A stretch of DNA of 63,886 bases, counting the filler, from Octopus bimaculoides (taxonomy: Eukaryota): assembly GCF_001194135.2 (NCBI RefSeq). It is 8 parts of 8 records of this genome, joined end to end, with 100 filler letters (N's around TTAATTAATTAA, not from the genome) between each part and the next. Parts side by side here need not be neighbours in the genome. Positions count along the whole stretch, not along the records: positions 1 to 13,504 come from NC_068986.1; 7 more parts are not named here. One strand, written 5' to 3'. This document shows, in pieces, positions 1 through 12,249 of the stretch. The position numbers and the translations under genes were made by a program. The notes under the pieces are model-generated. The model made no database searches and was not told where the DNA came from. It saw only the letters and a program-made list of their open reading frames with translations. Every line of letters begins with the position of its first letter. Positions within the stretch are counted from its first letter, which is position 1.

Positions 1-74
1 ATATATATAGGTATATATTTATATATATACATATATATAAATATATATATTTACCTCCGAAATATGTGTCGTAG

Positions 75-170
75 GCAACATGGTTATTATTCCAAAAGCA
101 CAAATGGCAGATTTGGTCGGTATATATCTACTTTATGAAATGGCAGACCAATTCCCTAGCATCAATGAAG
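75..170 (+). CDS. Candidate internal coding exon, product unknown
   Basis: gtcgtag| acceptor and strong gaag|gtatgt donor. 96 nt, open as phase 1-1 (GNMVIIPKAQMADLVGIYLLYEMADQFPSINE) and also as phase 0-0. No family recognised. Confidence 0.3.
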
Positions 171-1146
171 GTATGTATCTTGATGAATATTTACTCTACC
201 TTCTAACAAAACAGTACAAAAGGTGAAGAATAGTTTAGCTAAGTAATTCGAGGACTGGGTTTAAGCATCGTTTATATGAGCTTGTAACGAAAGCCAACCT
301 TTTAGATATTACATTTAACTTACACAATATTTCGTACTTCCCATACCATAAACCATCGACCAGTCTTACATATATTAGCCAATTCAGTAATCATTCTAGG
401 GCAATCACTAAGAATTTAGTTTAAAATATTTCATTCATAATGTCTGAGTTATCTGCTAAGTTTGACATTTTCAACAAGGCTGATGTTTATAACTCTGTCT
501 TACTTAAAGCAGGCTATATAGAGAGATAGTTACCTACATTAATTCTATTCAATCTTGTTCTACGTATATGATGGAGACATGAAATGTAGTTGAAACGATA
601 TGAACGATTTTAATTTCAATTCAGACGTAAGATTTTTTACAGCGTAAGAGAGATAACCGTTATTTAAGACCTATTTTTCATTCTAAAGGTAAATCGATGG
701 CAACTTCTAGCAAAATTACTTGGCTGATTATTCCTTTTGGGAGGCAAATTAAATTTAGTCTTTCTTTTCAGTTACGTTAAGCTATTATTAAGAACTTTCC
801 AAAGAGTTCTAGTCATTACTCGATTATCAACTCGCACACGATTAGGATAAGTTTTTCAAACGTAAAACGTTATTCTACACATTATCACTTCACATAATAT
901 TAGTCTGTTAAATAAGAATCCAATTGCTGAATATACTAGCATTTTGCCCGATAACTTTTTGCCATGTCTCAGAGAAATTCATGATCCAGCGCTCATACGA
1001 CATCTGGTTGTTATCAGCAAAACCAGAAAGCAAAACTTCGAAATCCACTTTTCATCACCAGGATTTGTTTCAAAAAAGAAGTTGGATTGCTTTGCGTTTG
1101 AGTTGGATTCACAACCTCTAACTTTCTTGGATTTATGTGTGTGTGT

Positions 1147-1177
<31 letters not shown>

Positions 1178-1570
1178 NNNNNNNNNNNNNNNNNNNNNNN
1201 NNNNNNNNNNNNNNNNNNNNNNNNNNNNNNNNNNNNNNNNNNNNNNNNNNNNNNNNNNNNNNNNNNNNNNNNNNNNNNNNNNNNNNNNNNNNNNNNNNNN
1301 NNNNNNNNNNNNNNNNNNNNNNNNNNNNNNNNNNNNNNNNNNNNNNNNNNNNNNNNNNNNNNNNNNNNNNNNNNNNNNNNNNNNNNNNNNNNNNNNNNNN
1401 NNNNNNNNNNNNNNNNNNNNNNNNNNNNNNNNNNNNNNNNNNNNNNNNNNNNNNNNNNNNNNNNNNNNNNNNNNNNNNNNNNNNNNNNNNNNNNNNNNNN
1501 NNNNNNNNNNNNNNNNNNNNNNNNNNNNNNNNNNNNNNNNNNNNNNNTATATATATATATATATATATAT

Positions 1571-1826
1571 ACTCTTTTACTTGTTTCAGTCATTTGACTG
1601 CGGCCATGCTGGAGCACCACCTTTAGCCGACCCCAGGACTTATTCTTTGTAAGCCTAGTACTTATTCTATCGGTCTCTTTTCGCCAAACCGGTAAGTTAC
1701 GGGGACCTAAACACACATACATATATATATATGCATATATACGACAGGCTTCTTTCAGTTTCCGTCTACCAAATCCACTCACAAGGCTTTGGTCGGCCCG
1801 AGGCTATAGTAGAAGACACTTGCCCA
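1571..1826 (-). mobile_element. CORE-type tRNA SINE (family A), 5'-truncated
   Basis: Reverse complement carries the CORE-like tgggcaagtgtcttctactatagcctcgggccgaccaaagcc, an internal (TA/CA) tract and the tail gcatggccgcagtcaaatgactgaaacaagtaaaagag shared with copies at 10811, 13605 and 43560. Confidence 0.9.
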
Positions 1827-1907
1827 TATATACCGGAGTAAGCACATAAATGCGAAACAAAGTGGAGAAATAGTACTCGATTACCAGAGGTAGAGTAATG
1901 TGATTTG

Positions 1908-2061
1908 TTGAAAAGTAGCATAGATATCACATAAGCTATTACTCAGAGTTTCACGCTTCCTTTAGTCGGACAGTTTTGTCTAGATTCTAAACAAAACTGT
2001 CCGACAAACAGGACTGCAAACTCTGAGTAACAGTTTTTGTGATATTTCTGCTGCTTTTCAA
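1908..2061. repeat. Long foldback inverted repeat (about 75-bp arms, 3-4 nt loop)
   Basis: ttgaaaagtagcatagatatcacataagctattactcagagttt...gtcggacagttttgtctag pairs with ctaaacaaaactgtccgac...aaactctgagtaacagtttttgtgatatttctgctgcttttcaa. Confidence 0.9.
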
Positions 2062-2083
2062 TAAAGTATCTATCTATCTTTCT

Positions 2084-2224
2084 AACACTATCTCTTTCAC
2101 TCTTTGTTCCTGTTTCTTGAGAAAAGCTACGATGGACTGGGGTGGGGGAACACACATACACTATAGAAACCGGGAAATAGGGCCCATGAGCCTGGCTGGG
2201 CTTCAAAAGGGTGCATAAATAAAG
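2084..2224 (+). mobile_element. 3' fragment of tRNA-Arg-type SINE with V-domain-like motif
   Basis: ctacgatggactgg resembles the V-SINE core; the tail gaaaccgggaaatagggcccatgagcctggc is related to the end of the 24684-24940 copy. Confidence 0.6.
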
Positions 2225-3205
2225 AGAATTATATAAATATATATATATACATATAGGATGAGTATTTGCGTGCCTATATCATTGTGTATGTGTTTTCTGT
2301 GTTCAGGTGCTATTGTTCTGAACACTATACTTAGTTGAGTCTCAAAATTCAGGATTACCTGCACTGCTGTTTAATGCTTCTAGTTAATATATTCTCATAT
2401 ATGTTAGAGCATCTATATTCTGCGATAACAACACATTTAATTTTCCTATTTTATATGTATATATTCAGGGATTCGTTTCTCTTATGTTTTGTTTAATACT
2501 TACATTGAAATTTGGGAAATATCAAATCAATTCTATGTAACAAATAATTGTTGTATTTTCATATTTTTCTGTTTTTTGTGTCATCATTCCATGAATTTGA
2601 TTTTTTTCTAACGTTCATTTTATTCTATTTTTATTTTTGCATTCATTTGCATAACTAACATTTTATCATATAATTACTAATGAAACTCAGGAATATTTTG
2701 ACAGTAAACATATTGTTTTTGAAAGATTTTCTAAAATGTCGTGTTCAGCGGATATTACGACTCCCTGTGAAATAACGAAATTACTAATGAAAATAAATTC
2801 AACTGTAAGAGACGGAAATGTTGTGAATCAAGGAAAGTAATGAGACGAAATATTTAACCTTCAGAAAAATGTAGCGAAGACATCCCATTTTATAAAACGT
2901 ACAGAACTACGGAACATCACGCGGTATTGTGTCTTGGTTTCATCGTACAAATACTATTCAAATAGTTATATCATACAGTGATGTTAAGCAAAGTCACTCG
3001 GAGATCCAACTAAATTCTGAATCATTATCTTCTAAAGTCATAAGCATTCATGGTTTTGTTTTTCTTGCTGTTTACTTGAAACGTCTCCGTGTGGTCCTTT
3101 CTAATACAGCAGATATATATATATATATATATATATACGTTAATGAGAAATACGTAAACACAAACACTTATACCATATTTTTCTCATTCAATTATAAGAC
3201 GATTT

Positions 3206-3390
3206 GAGGCCGCGAGCTGGCAGAATCGTTAGCATGCCAGGCAAAACGCTTAGAGTTATTTACGTCTGTATGGTCTGAGTTCTGTCTTTATGTTCTAAGT
3301 TCAAATTCCGACGAGGTCGACTTTGACTTTTATCCTTTTGAGGATGCGTACTGGAGTCGATCTAATCCGGCCTTGTGCCTAGAGTTTATA
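3206..3390 (+). mobile_element. tRNA SINE family B (Meta-domain-like)
   Basis: gcgagctggcagaatcgttagca head, B-box-like gttcaaattcc, gaggtcgactttgac...atcctttt; homologous to copies at 21320, 40501 and 41565. Confidence 0.85.
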
Positions 3391-3410
3391 TGCAGTGTCA
3401 TCAGAGAAAG

Positions 3411-3785
3411 TGGACGTGCAATGGCCTAGTGGTTAGGGCAGCGGACTCGAGGTCATAGGATAGCCGTTTCGATTCCCAGACCGGACCTTTTGAATGTTTA
3501 TTGGGCAAAAACACCTAAATCTCCATGAGGGAGTAGTGGCGAAACCTGCAATATTCATTTACCACAACTTTCTCTCAATCTTTCTTCCTGCTTCTGCTGT
3601 ATCTCTATTTCAAAAGGCCAGCTTTATCACAATTTGTGTCATGCGGAATCTCCCCGAGAACTACGTTATGGGTACATGTGTCTGTGGAGTGCTCATCTAC
3701 TTGAACGTTAATTTCAAGAGCAGGCTGTTCCGTTGATCGGATCAGCTGGGACCGTCGTCGTCGTCGTAACCGACGGAGTTCCACG
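3411..3785 (+). mobile_element. tRNA-Arg-like SINE family C, near full length
   Basis: tRNA head atggcctagtggttagggcagcggacTCGaggtc with B box gtttcgattcc; tail ...gcaggctgttccgttgatcggatc...gtaaccgacggag. Confidence 0.9.
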
Positions 3786-4110
3786 ATATTTAAGAAAAGT
3801 ATTTTGTACAAAATAGAAATAACATTAATTATGTTCAAAAATATGAATAAGATATAAATAACCACACAGAAATACATGTTTACATATTTTGCAACATTTA
3901 TTTTGTAAAATATTATATCAGAGATTTAGGTTTGAAAATATTGAGAATTCTAAAATGAAACGAAAAGACAAATACGAATGAAGTTATTTTGAATATTCAT
4001 AAAATGTTTGGATTGAATGCGGAAAACCGTATATGTATGTGTGAGAGTAAGTGACAGCGTGTGTACCAGTGTGTTTGTGCGCATAGATAGATAGATAGAT
4101 AGATAGATAT

Positions 4111-4144
<34 letters not shown>

Positions 4145-4965
4145 TTCCTGAATGCAATTGCGATTTTCGAGTGCTTATGGCTTTTTCTTCTCTTTTTTAA
4201 ACTGAACAAAAGCAGTTCATATAATTTGATTTTGGTTTCTTTGTTTTTCTTTTTTTGCTTGTTTGCTTGTTTGTTTGCTTTTTTTTATTAATTTTCAATG
4301 CCCTTTTATCCAATGTTTAAAATTTCTCTCTGGCTGAAATACTATGAAGCGCAATAACTCTTACCGTTTGCATTCATGTTGGTTGTCACATACATCTCTT
4401 TCCATGTACTGAATATATGTGTTCTGGATCTTTCTTTCGTTAATTTGCGAATTCGAGCCACTTTTGTCAAGATTTTTAATAAAATAATCCTAGAAAATTC
4501 TTTGCTTGCGATCATTGTCAGTGTCTGGGAGACTGGCTTCCCTTACGAATTTTAAGCTTCATAGTAACGCCTCCGAATTAAGCAAGAAGCACCGATGAGG
4601 AAAAGTGGGGGTTTCGGGGTGGGGGTTGTAATAATTAAATGCGTGAATATTTGGATGAATCGACAACGACAAAGCGTAATATTTGCTTCCCTACTCTTGT
4701 AATTTGAAGGCATTCACAATGCTTCAAAATTTAAATAACATCACTGAACTATTATGATTAAGTACGGGAACTTTGAAACCGGATCTAAAAATCAGATGGT
4801 GCTTACTTGTACACGTCGAAATACATCATTGAATGTTGGTGGGAGATAGACGGTGGACTCTACAATTTTACATTGCTTTAAATTTCTCCACCGAACACAA
4901 AGAAAATGAAAAACTGGAGATAACTTACATAAGGGCCAGGTTGCAATTAGGGATTTTCTATTATG

Positions 4966-5070
4966 AAAGCGGTGAGCTGGAAGATTTCGGTATCAACTCG
5001 GATAAAACGCTTAGCGACATTTCTTGCATCTCTTCAGATTTTGACCTCCGGTGGAGGTCAACTTTAACTT
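4966..5070 (+). mobile_element. Degenerate family B SINE
   Basis: ggtgagctggaagatt...aaaacgcttagcgacatttc...gaggtcaacttt aligns to the family B head. Confidence 0.6.
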
Positions 5071-5927
5071 ACCTCGCTTCAGATGCTACCAAATTTTATA
5101 CTCGTCAACTTGACTTGTCCCTTTCCCTCAAATCGCTGACTTTAATACTCCGGATGCTTGAATGTATGTTTGTATTATGTATGAATTTTAGACTGTGTGC
5201 ATTCGTATGCATACATGTTTATGTGTGTATCGATGTTTATGTATATATAGTGAAAGTTGCCCATTCACACATGTACTGCTTACGAATTACTTTTCCATTA
5301 ATGACAAAATCTGTTTGCACATATTACTGATACATTAAAAAGATATCATATTATCATTTCCCATATTCAAGCTATTCGCATATGCTCAGCAATTACATAG
5401 CGTCCTCCTCTCAACATATTTAATAATGTGAGAAAATTGCATTAGACAGGAGAATATTCTATATTTAAGGAGAGTTAAGGAAAAACTATATCATATAAAC
5501 AAGTACTATACTCACCATTATATTCTAGACAATATCTTTCCAGACATATATAATTTTATATCACAGTTCATTTTGAAGATGAGGCTGATCATTAATGCTT
5601 CTCACATTTATCAAGAAACACTTCACAACATATACTTTACTGCAGGTTATGTAATAATATCTTATAAGTGTAAAATGGAAAAGAAATATATGTTATCAGA
5701 TACATCTTAACATTTTTACACTTCCCGTTTTCAATCACATCACATGTACTCTATAATAAGAGTGCAGTTATGTATCGTCATATTTTACATTTTGTAGTTG
5801 ACAGCGGTTAATTCTATTTTACAAATTATTAGTATAATGTCACGGCATTTCGGTCCACACTGAAAGATATATATGCATATATAAAACGTACACACGCGCG
5901 CGCGCTTACACACTAAAACAATTTATA

Positions 5928-6040
5928 TGTTGTGACCGACGCCCCCAGGCGAGAATTGGGATGGTCCACTACTAACAAATAGTCCCGTAGAGACGACGAA
6001 ATACGTCGTCATAACGGGATCTATCAGTGGCGACGCGGGT
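5928..6040 (+). mobile_element. Possible short LTR (TG...CA, 99 bp) followed by a primer-binding site
   Basis: GC-rich island beginning tgttgtgacc and ending gatctatca, followed by g-TGGCGACGcgg, which resembles a Gypsy PBS complementary to the tRNA-Ser(GCT) 3' end. Confidence 0.4.
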
Positions 6041-6219
6041 TCGGACAATATTACCACATGGGACATATCAATATATATATNNNNNNNNNNNNNNNNNNNN
6101 NNNNNNNNNNNNNNNNNNNNNNNNNNNNNNNNNNNNNNNNNNNNNNNNNNNNNNNNNNNNNNNNNNNNNNNNNNNNNNNNNNNNNNNNNNNNNNNNNNNN
6201 NNNNNNNNNNNNNNNNNNN

Positions 6220-6251
<32 letters not shown>

Positions 6252-7188
6252 AGGTACCTATGTATTCATATGTATGCAAGACACACATATCACATAATGA
6301 TTCTACCTTGCCGCCTGGGTGGGAAGGCCACCGTTCCCCTTGATCCCATGTCTAGTCCATCTTAGGTGTATCCAATTACAGCTGAGTGGACTGGAACAAC
6401 TAGAAATCAACACTTAAGAAAGCAACAATTGCATGTGAGTATGGATAATTATGTGTGTGTGTGTATGTATGTATGTATTTATGTATGCATGTATGTATTG
6501 TTGCAATTTGAGATGGACATTTTGCCAAATACACACAGGCACTGTATATTCGTTCTTCACTTCAGCTTTATTATTGTTTTATCTGAAATCTTTCTTCACC
6601 CATCCTGTAGAGGTCACAAAATGAGTGACAAAATATTTCAGACAAGGGATGCTAAAATAAGAAAAATTATAAGGCCGAAGTCAAGAACGGATACATAGTG
6701 TCTGTGTATATTTGGCAAAGACAAAAATGTTCCTTTCTTAAAAATATATATAGAAAATTTAAGAACGCTTGTCTGGGCTATGGAAATGGTTGAGCTGCGT
6801 TTGAAATCAACCAATGCGTATTCTGGTACCATATGCCTAAATATGTTTTATGGAACTAAGAATCAATGTATTGACGTTTGAGGAACCTATTTTTAAAATT
6901 CCTGTATGAGTGAGATTATTCATAATATTACCTTAAGGAATATTAGTAGATATAGTGCATAACATAACTATATGATTTAATAATATTTTTTTAACTGTTA
7001 TTGTATGCAAAACCTCAAATTTATGAAGTTCTTAAGACATGGAATATTTATTTATGTGACATTATATGATTAATTATCTCCATGTCATGTAGACACATAC
7101 ATACAGCTTATATGGATATAAAGTTTTATGTGTTTAAATGTAAATGTGTTTTGTGCGTACCAGCTATATGTGTGGGTGATGTGTGTGC

Positions 7189-7189
<1 letters not shown>

Positions 7190-7261
<72 letters not shown>
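7190..7261. repeat. (GATA)n microsatellite
   Basis: Perfect tetranucleotide run. Confidence 0.97.
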
Positions 7262-8396
7262 TGCATGTGTGTATGGGTGTATGTGAATGTGTGTTTTATG
7301 GGGTCCTTGTACGTGTGATTTTTTGCAAAATTAATTCCGAAAACATGCATACATAATTACAACTATGAATATAAACTTTGAGAGATGAATTTAAATATCT
7401 ATACATATGTACATGTGCAGTTGGTTCTCTTTGAGAAGCTATAATGCGCTAGCTTAAACGTTTGTACATGCCTGCATCTAAACAAGTGTGCACATATATA
7501 TGATGTATAAGTCTTGATGTCTATACTATCGTATTTGCAATTCGTTACTGAAAGTTTGTATGGCTAGGAAAGCAGAACACGCTTAGCGACTTCAATCAAT
7601 GAATACTTTTTTAAATGAAAACGTACATAGCAAAATTTTATCAATGTAATATCTCCCAGTTTATTAAATGCCAATCAATACAAACATATCAAAATAGGAA
7701 AGCAAAAATGTTAGATCAAAATATGTTGTCTATTAACTGAGGATGTTTAACTGAGGAAAAAAAATTCAATAATGACACGATAAATATCTTTAAAAAAATA
7801 CTTCATATTAATTTACTTCTAAAACATGCTATTTGGAAGCTTTTACACAACATTTCTAGCTTTGTATTGTAAGTGATTACAGTTGTGACATACGGATATT
7901 AATGGAAATATCTGGAGTCTCTTGAAATTAGAAAAAATAAAACTTATCATCTGAAATATGTGAATTAATTATTTATATGAAAATGTGTCCTGCTTTTCAA
8001 CTTTGTTTCTCTATTGGTTTTATTTTGCATTGATAATGTCGTAAATGTCTTTAAACATATTTTTAGTTTTTCTTGTATATTTTCTGAACTACAGTAATCG
8101 TCGCTGAATATTTTATAAATATTAGGTAAATCACTAACTCATCAAATATTGCCTTTACAAAGAAGATCGCATCCAGTAATAGGTTGTTCGATTCAGTATA
8201 ACGAAAGTGAAATCGGAATTGTCATGCCTCTACCAATTTTCTTCTAGTTTTCATAAGTACGCTCCTTCACACATTATGTGCAAAAGGATGAAATCACACA
8301 ACAAAATTACACCTAAAATGAATACAGGATGATCGTCACCATCACCATCGCCAACATGCAACAACTACAATACTTGAATAAACGCTAAAAATTAAA

Positions 8397-8484
8397 TAAC
8401 AACAACAATAATAATAATAATAATAATAATGATAATAATACAATAATGACAACAACAACCACAACAGCAACAATAATAATAATG

Positions 8485-8548
<64 letters not shown>

Positions 8549-8553
8549 TAATA
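8397..8553. repeat. (AAT)n-rich microsatellite
   Basis: Direct reading, with AAC/GAT interruptions. Confidence 0.95.
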
Positions 8554-8554
8554 A

Positions 8555-8985
8555 AATTTGATTGTCAGTCGTTTGACCTTAACCCGTTGAGCATGTCCCT
8601 TGGTGACTGACGATATGTTCATCTTTGATCATGAGCAGAAGTAGTGGGGGAGTATCATAGCCATGTGTTGAGAGGAATTCTTTTGGGGTTTGGATAAGTC
8701 ACCTTTGGAAACATGGGTGTTTTGCTCAACATTCTTAAACAAACCTTATTCAGGGACCTTTTGAGCTGGATGGGCTACTCAACCTGAAGAAAATTCTAAC
8801 TGGATGGGCCCCACCTGCAAGGTCATGCGCTGTTTATTTTGATATGAGATCACCATGTTGCGCATATATGGTTGTGATGCATGTGCCTGGTGTACCCTTA
8901 TCAGACAGGTAGTCATGACGGCTATACTGAGCTTCGTATATTTTACCCCGGTGTCACTTTGATGGCATGCACTGTTCTTTCACTC
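8555..8985 (+). mobile_element. Unclassified non-coding retroposon-like repeat flanked by (AAT)n on both sides
   Basis: Ends ...cttttcactc-like + (aat)n. An internal segment (tgatcatgagcagaagtagtgg...catgtgttgagaggaattct) recurs at about 53785-53850, so it is interspersed. Confidence 0.6.
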
Positions 8986-9000
8986 AATAATAATAATAAT

Positions 9001-9081
<81 letters not shown>
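8986..9081. repeat. (AAT)n microsatellite
   Basis: Direct reading. Confidence 0.97.
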
Positions 9082-9083
<2 letters not shown>

Positions 9084-9845
9084 CAGAAGTTCTTCAAAAC
9101 GGCTCTGATTCTAAATGCAGATTCTGCGACACATTTGACAAAACAATAGACCATCTCGTCCGGAATGACTAGTACTGACAATAATCGAATACAAAAATTG
9201 CCACGATAGTGTAGGACTCTATTTACATTGTAAACTTTGTAAACACTATAAAATATCCACTTCTACTTACTGGTACGAACACCATCCTGACTTAGACGTT
9301 GACGGTAAAAATGTCACTACCCTCTGGGATTATCCCGTCAACACTGACAGAACGAGCTTGGCTAATCGACTATATATAATTATGAAAGACAGGGAAGAAA
9401 ATAATTGTACACTAATAGATGTAAGTGTTCTTACTGATAAAAATATATCTGTCAAGGAATTTGACAAACTAAGCAAATATAAGGACTTGGAAATTGAAAT
9501 ACAAGAGATGCGGCATCTTAAAACGGGAACTGTTCCTCTTATTACAGGCGCCATAGTTGTGCTAATAAATGGAGGTCAGAAAAATGTAGATAAAATCCCA
9601 TGAGAACCACGTCTCATATAAATCCAAAATATTGTATTGACAAGTACTGCCCACATCCAGAGAAAAACCCAATGCATTTAAAAATCCATCTTGTATTACA
9701 TGAACACATTTCACTACCTCCCCTCCCCAAGCTTTCAGTCATATTGTAACATCTCTTATCCTCACTCTCCCCAGGACGGCGGGTGTGCCTCAGCAAGTAA
9801 CTGTAACAAAGATGCCAATTAAAAGTAAAAAGGATTATAATAAAA
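9082..9845 (+). mobile_element. Dong/R4-type non-LTR retrotransposon 3' fragment (CCHC + restriction-like endonuclease), decayed
   Basis: Translates SKCRFCDTFDKTIDHLV, HDSVGLYLH..LCKHY, WYEHHP, LWDYPVNTDR..ANRLYII..D...CTLIDVSV...KLSKYKDLEIEI...VPLITGA; frameshifts and stops present. Confidence 0.88.
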
Positions 9846-10544
9846 GCAAATGAGCGATGTTAACTGAATCACGAAAAATCAAAGGCGCCCATTTTGGAAT
9901 ATTACACCAAACACATTCAATAATATAGTTTGCATGGGTCAACAATTATGTAGAATTTTTTTTAAGAAAACTAACATTAACTTGTTTCCTTGTATGTATT
10001 AAATGAAACAAAACTAAAATNNNNNNNNNNNNNNNNNNNNNNNNNNNNNNNNNNNNNNNNNNNNNNNNNNNNNNNNNNNNNNNNNNNNNNNNNNNNNNNN
10101 NNNNNNNNNNNNNNNNNNNNNNNNNNNNNNNNNNNNNNNNNNNNNNNNNNNNNNNNNNNNNNNNNNNNNNNNNNNNNNNNNNNNNNNNNNNNNNNNNNNN
10201 NNNNNNNNNNNNNNNNNNNNNNNNNNNNNNNNNNNNNNNNNNNNNNNNNNNNNNNNNNNNNNNNNNNNNNNNNNNNNNNNNNNNNNNNNNNNNNNNNNNN
10301 NNNNNNNNNNNNNNNNNNNNNNNNNNNNNNNNNNNNNNNNNNNNNNNNNNNNNNNNNNNNNNNNNNNNNNNNNNNNNNNNNNNNNNNNNNNNNNNNNNNN
10401 NNNNNNNNNNNNNNNNNNNNNNNNNNNNNNNNNNNNNNNNNNNNNNNNNNNNNNNNNNNNNNNNNNNNNNNNNNNNNNNNNNNNNNNNNNNNNNNNNNNN
10501 NNNNNNNNNNNNNNNNNNNNNNNNNNNNNNNNNNNNNNNNNNNN

Positions 10545-10584
<40 letters not shown>

Positions 10585-10810
10585 GATAGATATATATATA
10601 ATCAGTATCGTCTCCATCCCCGACCTTAATGACCGTCTAACGTTCTAATAATTTGGGAATTTGTAATTCACAGAAGCTGTATTCATAAGTTATAGATGTA
10701 AGGAAACCAGCATTTAATTGCATATCATGATTATATATATACTTGAAAAAGACTAACAAAAGAGTTTTCAAGCCGAAATTATTCAGTATCATCATTAAAA
10801 AAAAAAAAAC

Positions 10811-11640
10811 GTAGTAGTGGTTGTGTGGTACGTAGCTTGCTTACCAACCACCTGATTCCGGGTTGAGTCAGACTGCGTGACACCATGGGCAAGTGATTTT
10901 GCTGTAGCCTCGGGCCGACCAAAGCCTTGTGAGTGGATTTGGTAGACGAAAACTGAAAGAATCCCGTCGTATATNNNNNNNNNNNNNNNNNNNNNNNNNN
11001 NNNNNNNNNNNNNNNNNNNNNNNNNNNNNNNNNNNNNNNNNNNNNNNNNNNNNNNNNNNNNNNNNNNNNNNNNNNNNNNNNNNNNNNNNNNNNNNNNNNN
11101 NNNNNNNNNNNNNNNNNNNNNNNNNNNNNNNNNNNNNNNNNNNNNNNNNNNNNNNNNNNNNNNNNNNNNNNNNNNNNNNNNNNNNNNNNNNNNNNNNNNN
11201 NNNNNNNNNNNNNNNNNNNNNNNNNNNNNNNNNNNNNNNNNNNNNNNNNNNNNNNNNNNNNNNNNNNNNNNNNNNNNNNNNNNNNNNNNNNNNNNNNNNN
11301 NNNNNNNNNNNNNNNNNNNNNNNNNNNNNNNNNNNNNNNNNNNNNNNNNNNNNNNNNNNNNNNNNNNNNNNNNNNNNNNNNNNNNNNNNNNNNNNNNNNN
11401 NTGTGTGTGTGTGTGTGTGTGTGTGTGTCTTTGTGTGTCTGTGTTTGTCCCTTCAACATCGCTTGACAACTGAGGCTGGTGTGTTTACGTCTCCGTAAAT
11501 TAGCGGTTCGGCAAAAGAAACCGATAGAATAAGTACAAGGCTTACAAAGAAAAATTCCTGGGGTCGATTTGCTCGACTAAAGGCGGTGCTCCAGCATGGC
11601 CGCAGTCAAATGCCTGAAACAAGTAAAAGAGTAAAAGAGT
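10811..11640 (+). mobile_element. Family A CORE-SINE, full length, internal microsatellite in an assembly gap
   Basis: Head gtggttgtgtggtacgtagcttgcttaccaacc, CORE catgggcaagtg, tail gcatggccgcagtcaaatgcctgaaacaagtaaaagagtaaaagag. Confidence 0.92.
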
Positions 11641-12138
11641 ATCATTCTGAAAACAAAAATGCCATATATACATAATTTTTCTTTCCAACAGAAACAATCC
11701 CATAAACAATGAGCTATTGAAAACAGAAACTGATAAAAACTGGCCAAATTTTAAGTCAAATATTAACAATTAAACAAGTACAAGAGTATGTCGCGATGAG
11801 CTACAACTACAAAAATAACAAGAACCACATCATCAATGACAAAAATAGCAATTAACAAAATCAGTAGAGACAGCGGTTATACGACAAATCATGTTAGAAT
11901 AAGAACGTAGAATAGTGTGCGAATTGCAGTACGAGATACTCCTTGGAAGTTTATCATTCAATGCAAGCAAAACAAACGAGCACATTCCGCATAGAACATC
12001 TCTTTCATCCATTTCTTCAATGAGGAACCTAAAGGGAAATCGGGGAAACTTAAAACTTAGTACCCTAACAAAACCCCGTGCATGCACAAAAAAAACACTT
12101 TTAGATATTCAATACACATGTGTATGTATATATATATC

Positions 12139-12170
<32 letters not shown>

Positions 12171-12213
12171 TGTGTGTGCGTGTGTATGCATATACATATA
12201 TACATACACACGT

Positions 12214-12248
<35 letters not shown>

Positions 12249-12249
<1 letters not shown>

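Noticed and set aside
944-1782. Long ORFs spanning N runs (also about 10k, 11k, 15k, 17.5k, 43k, 48k and 61k)
   Set aside because: They are open only because N translates to X and the flanks are dinucleotide repeats.
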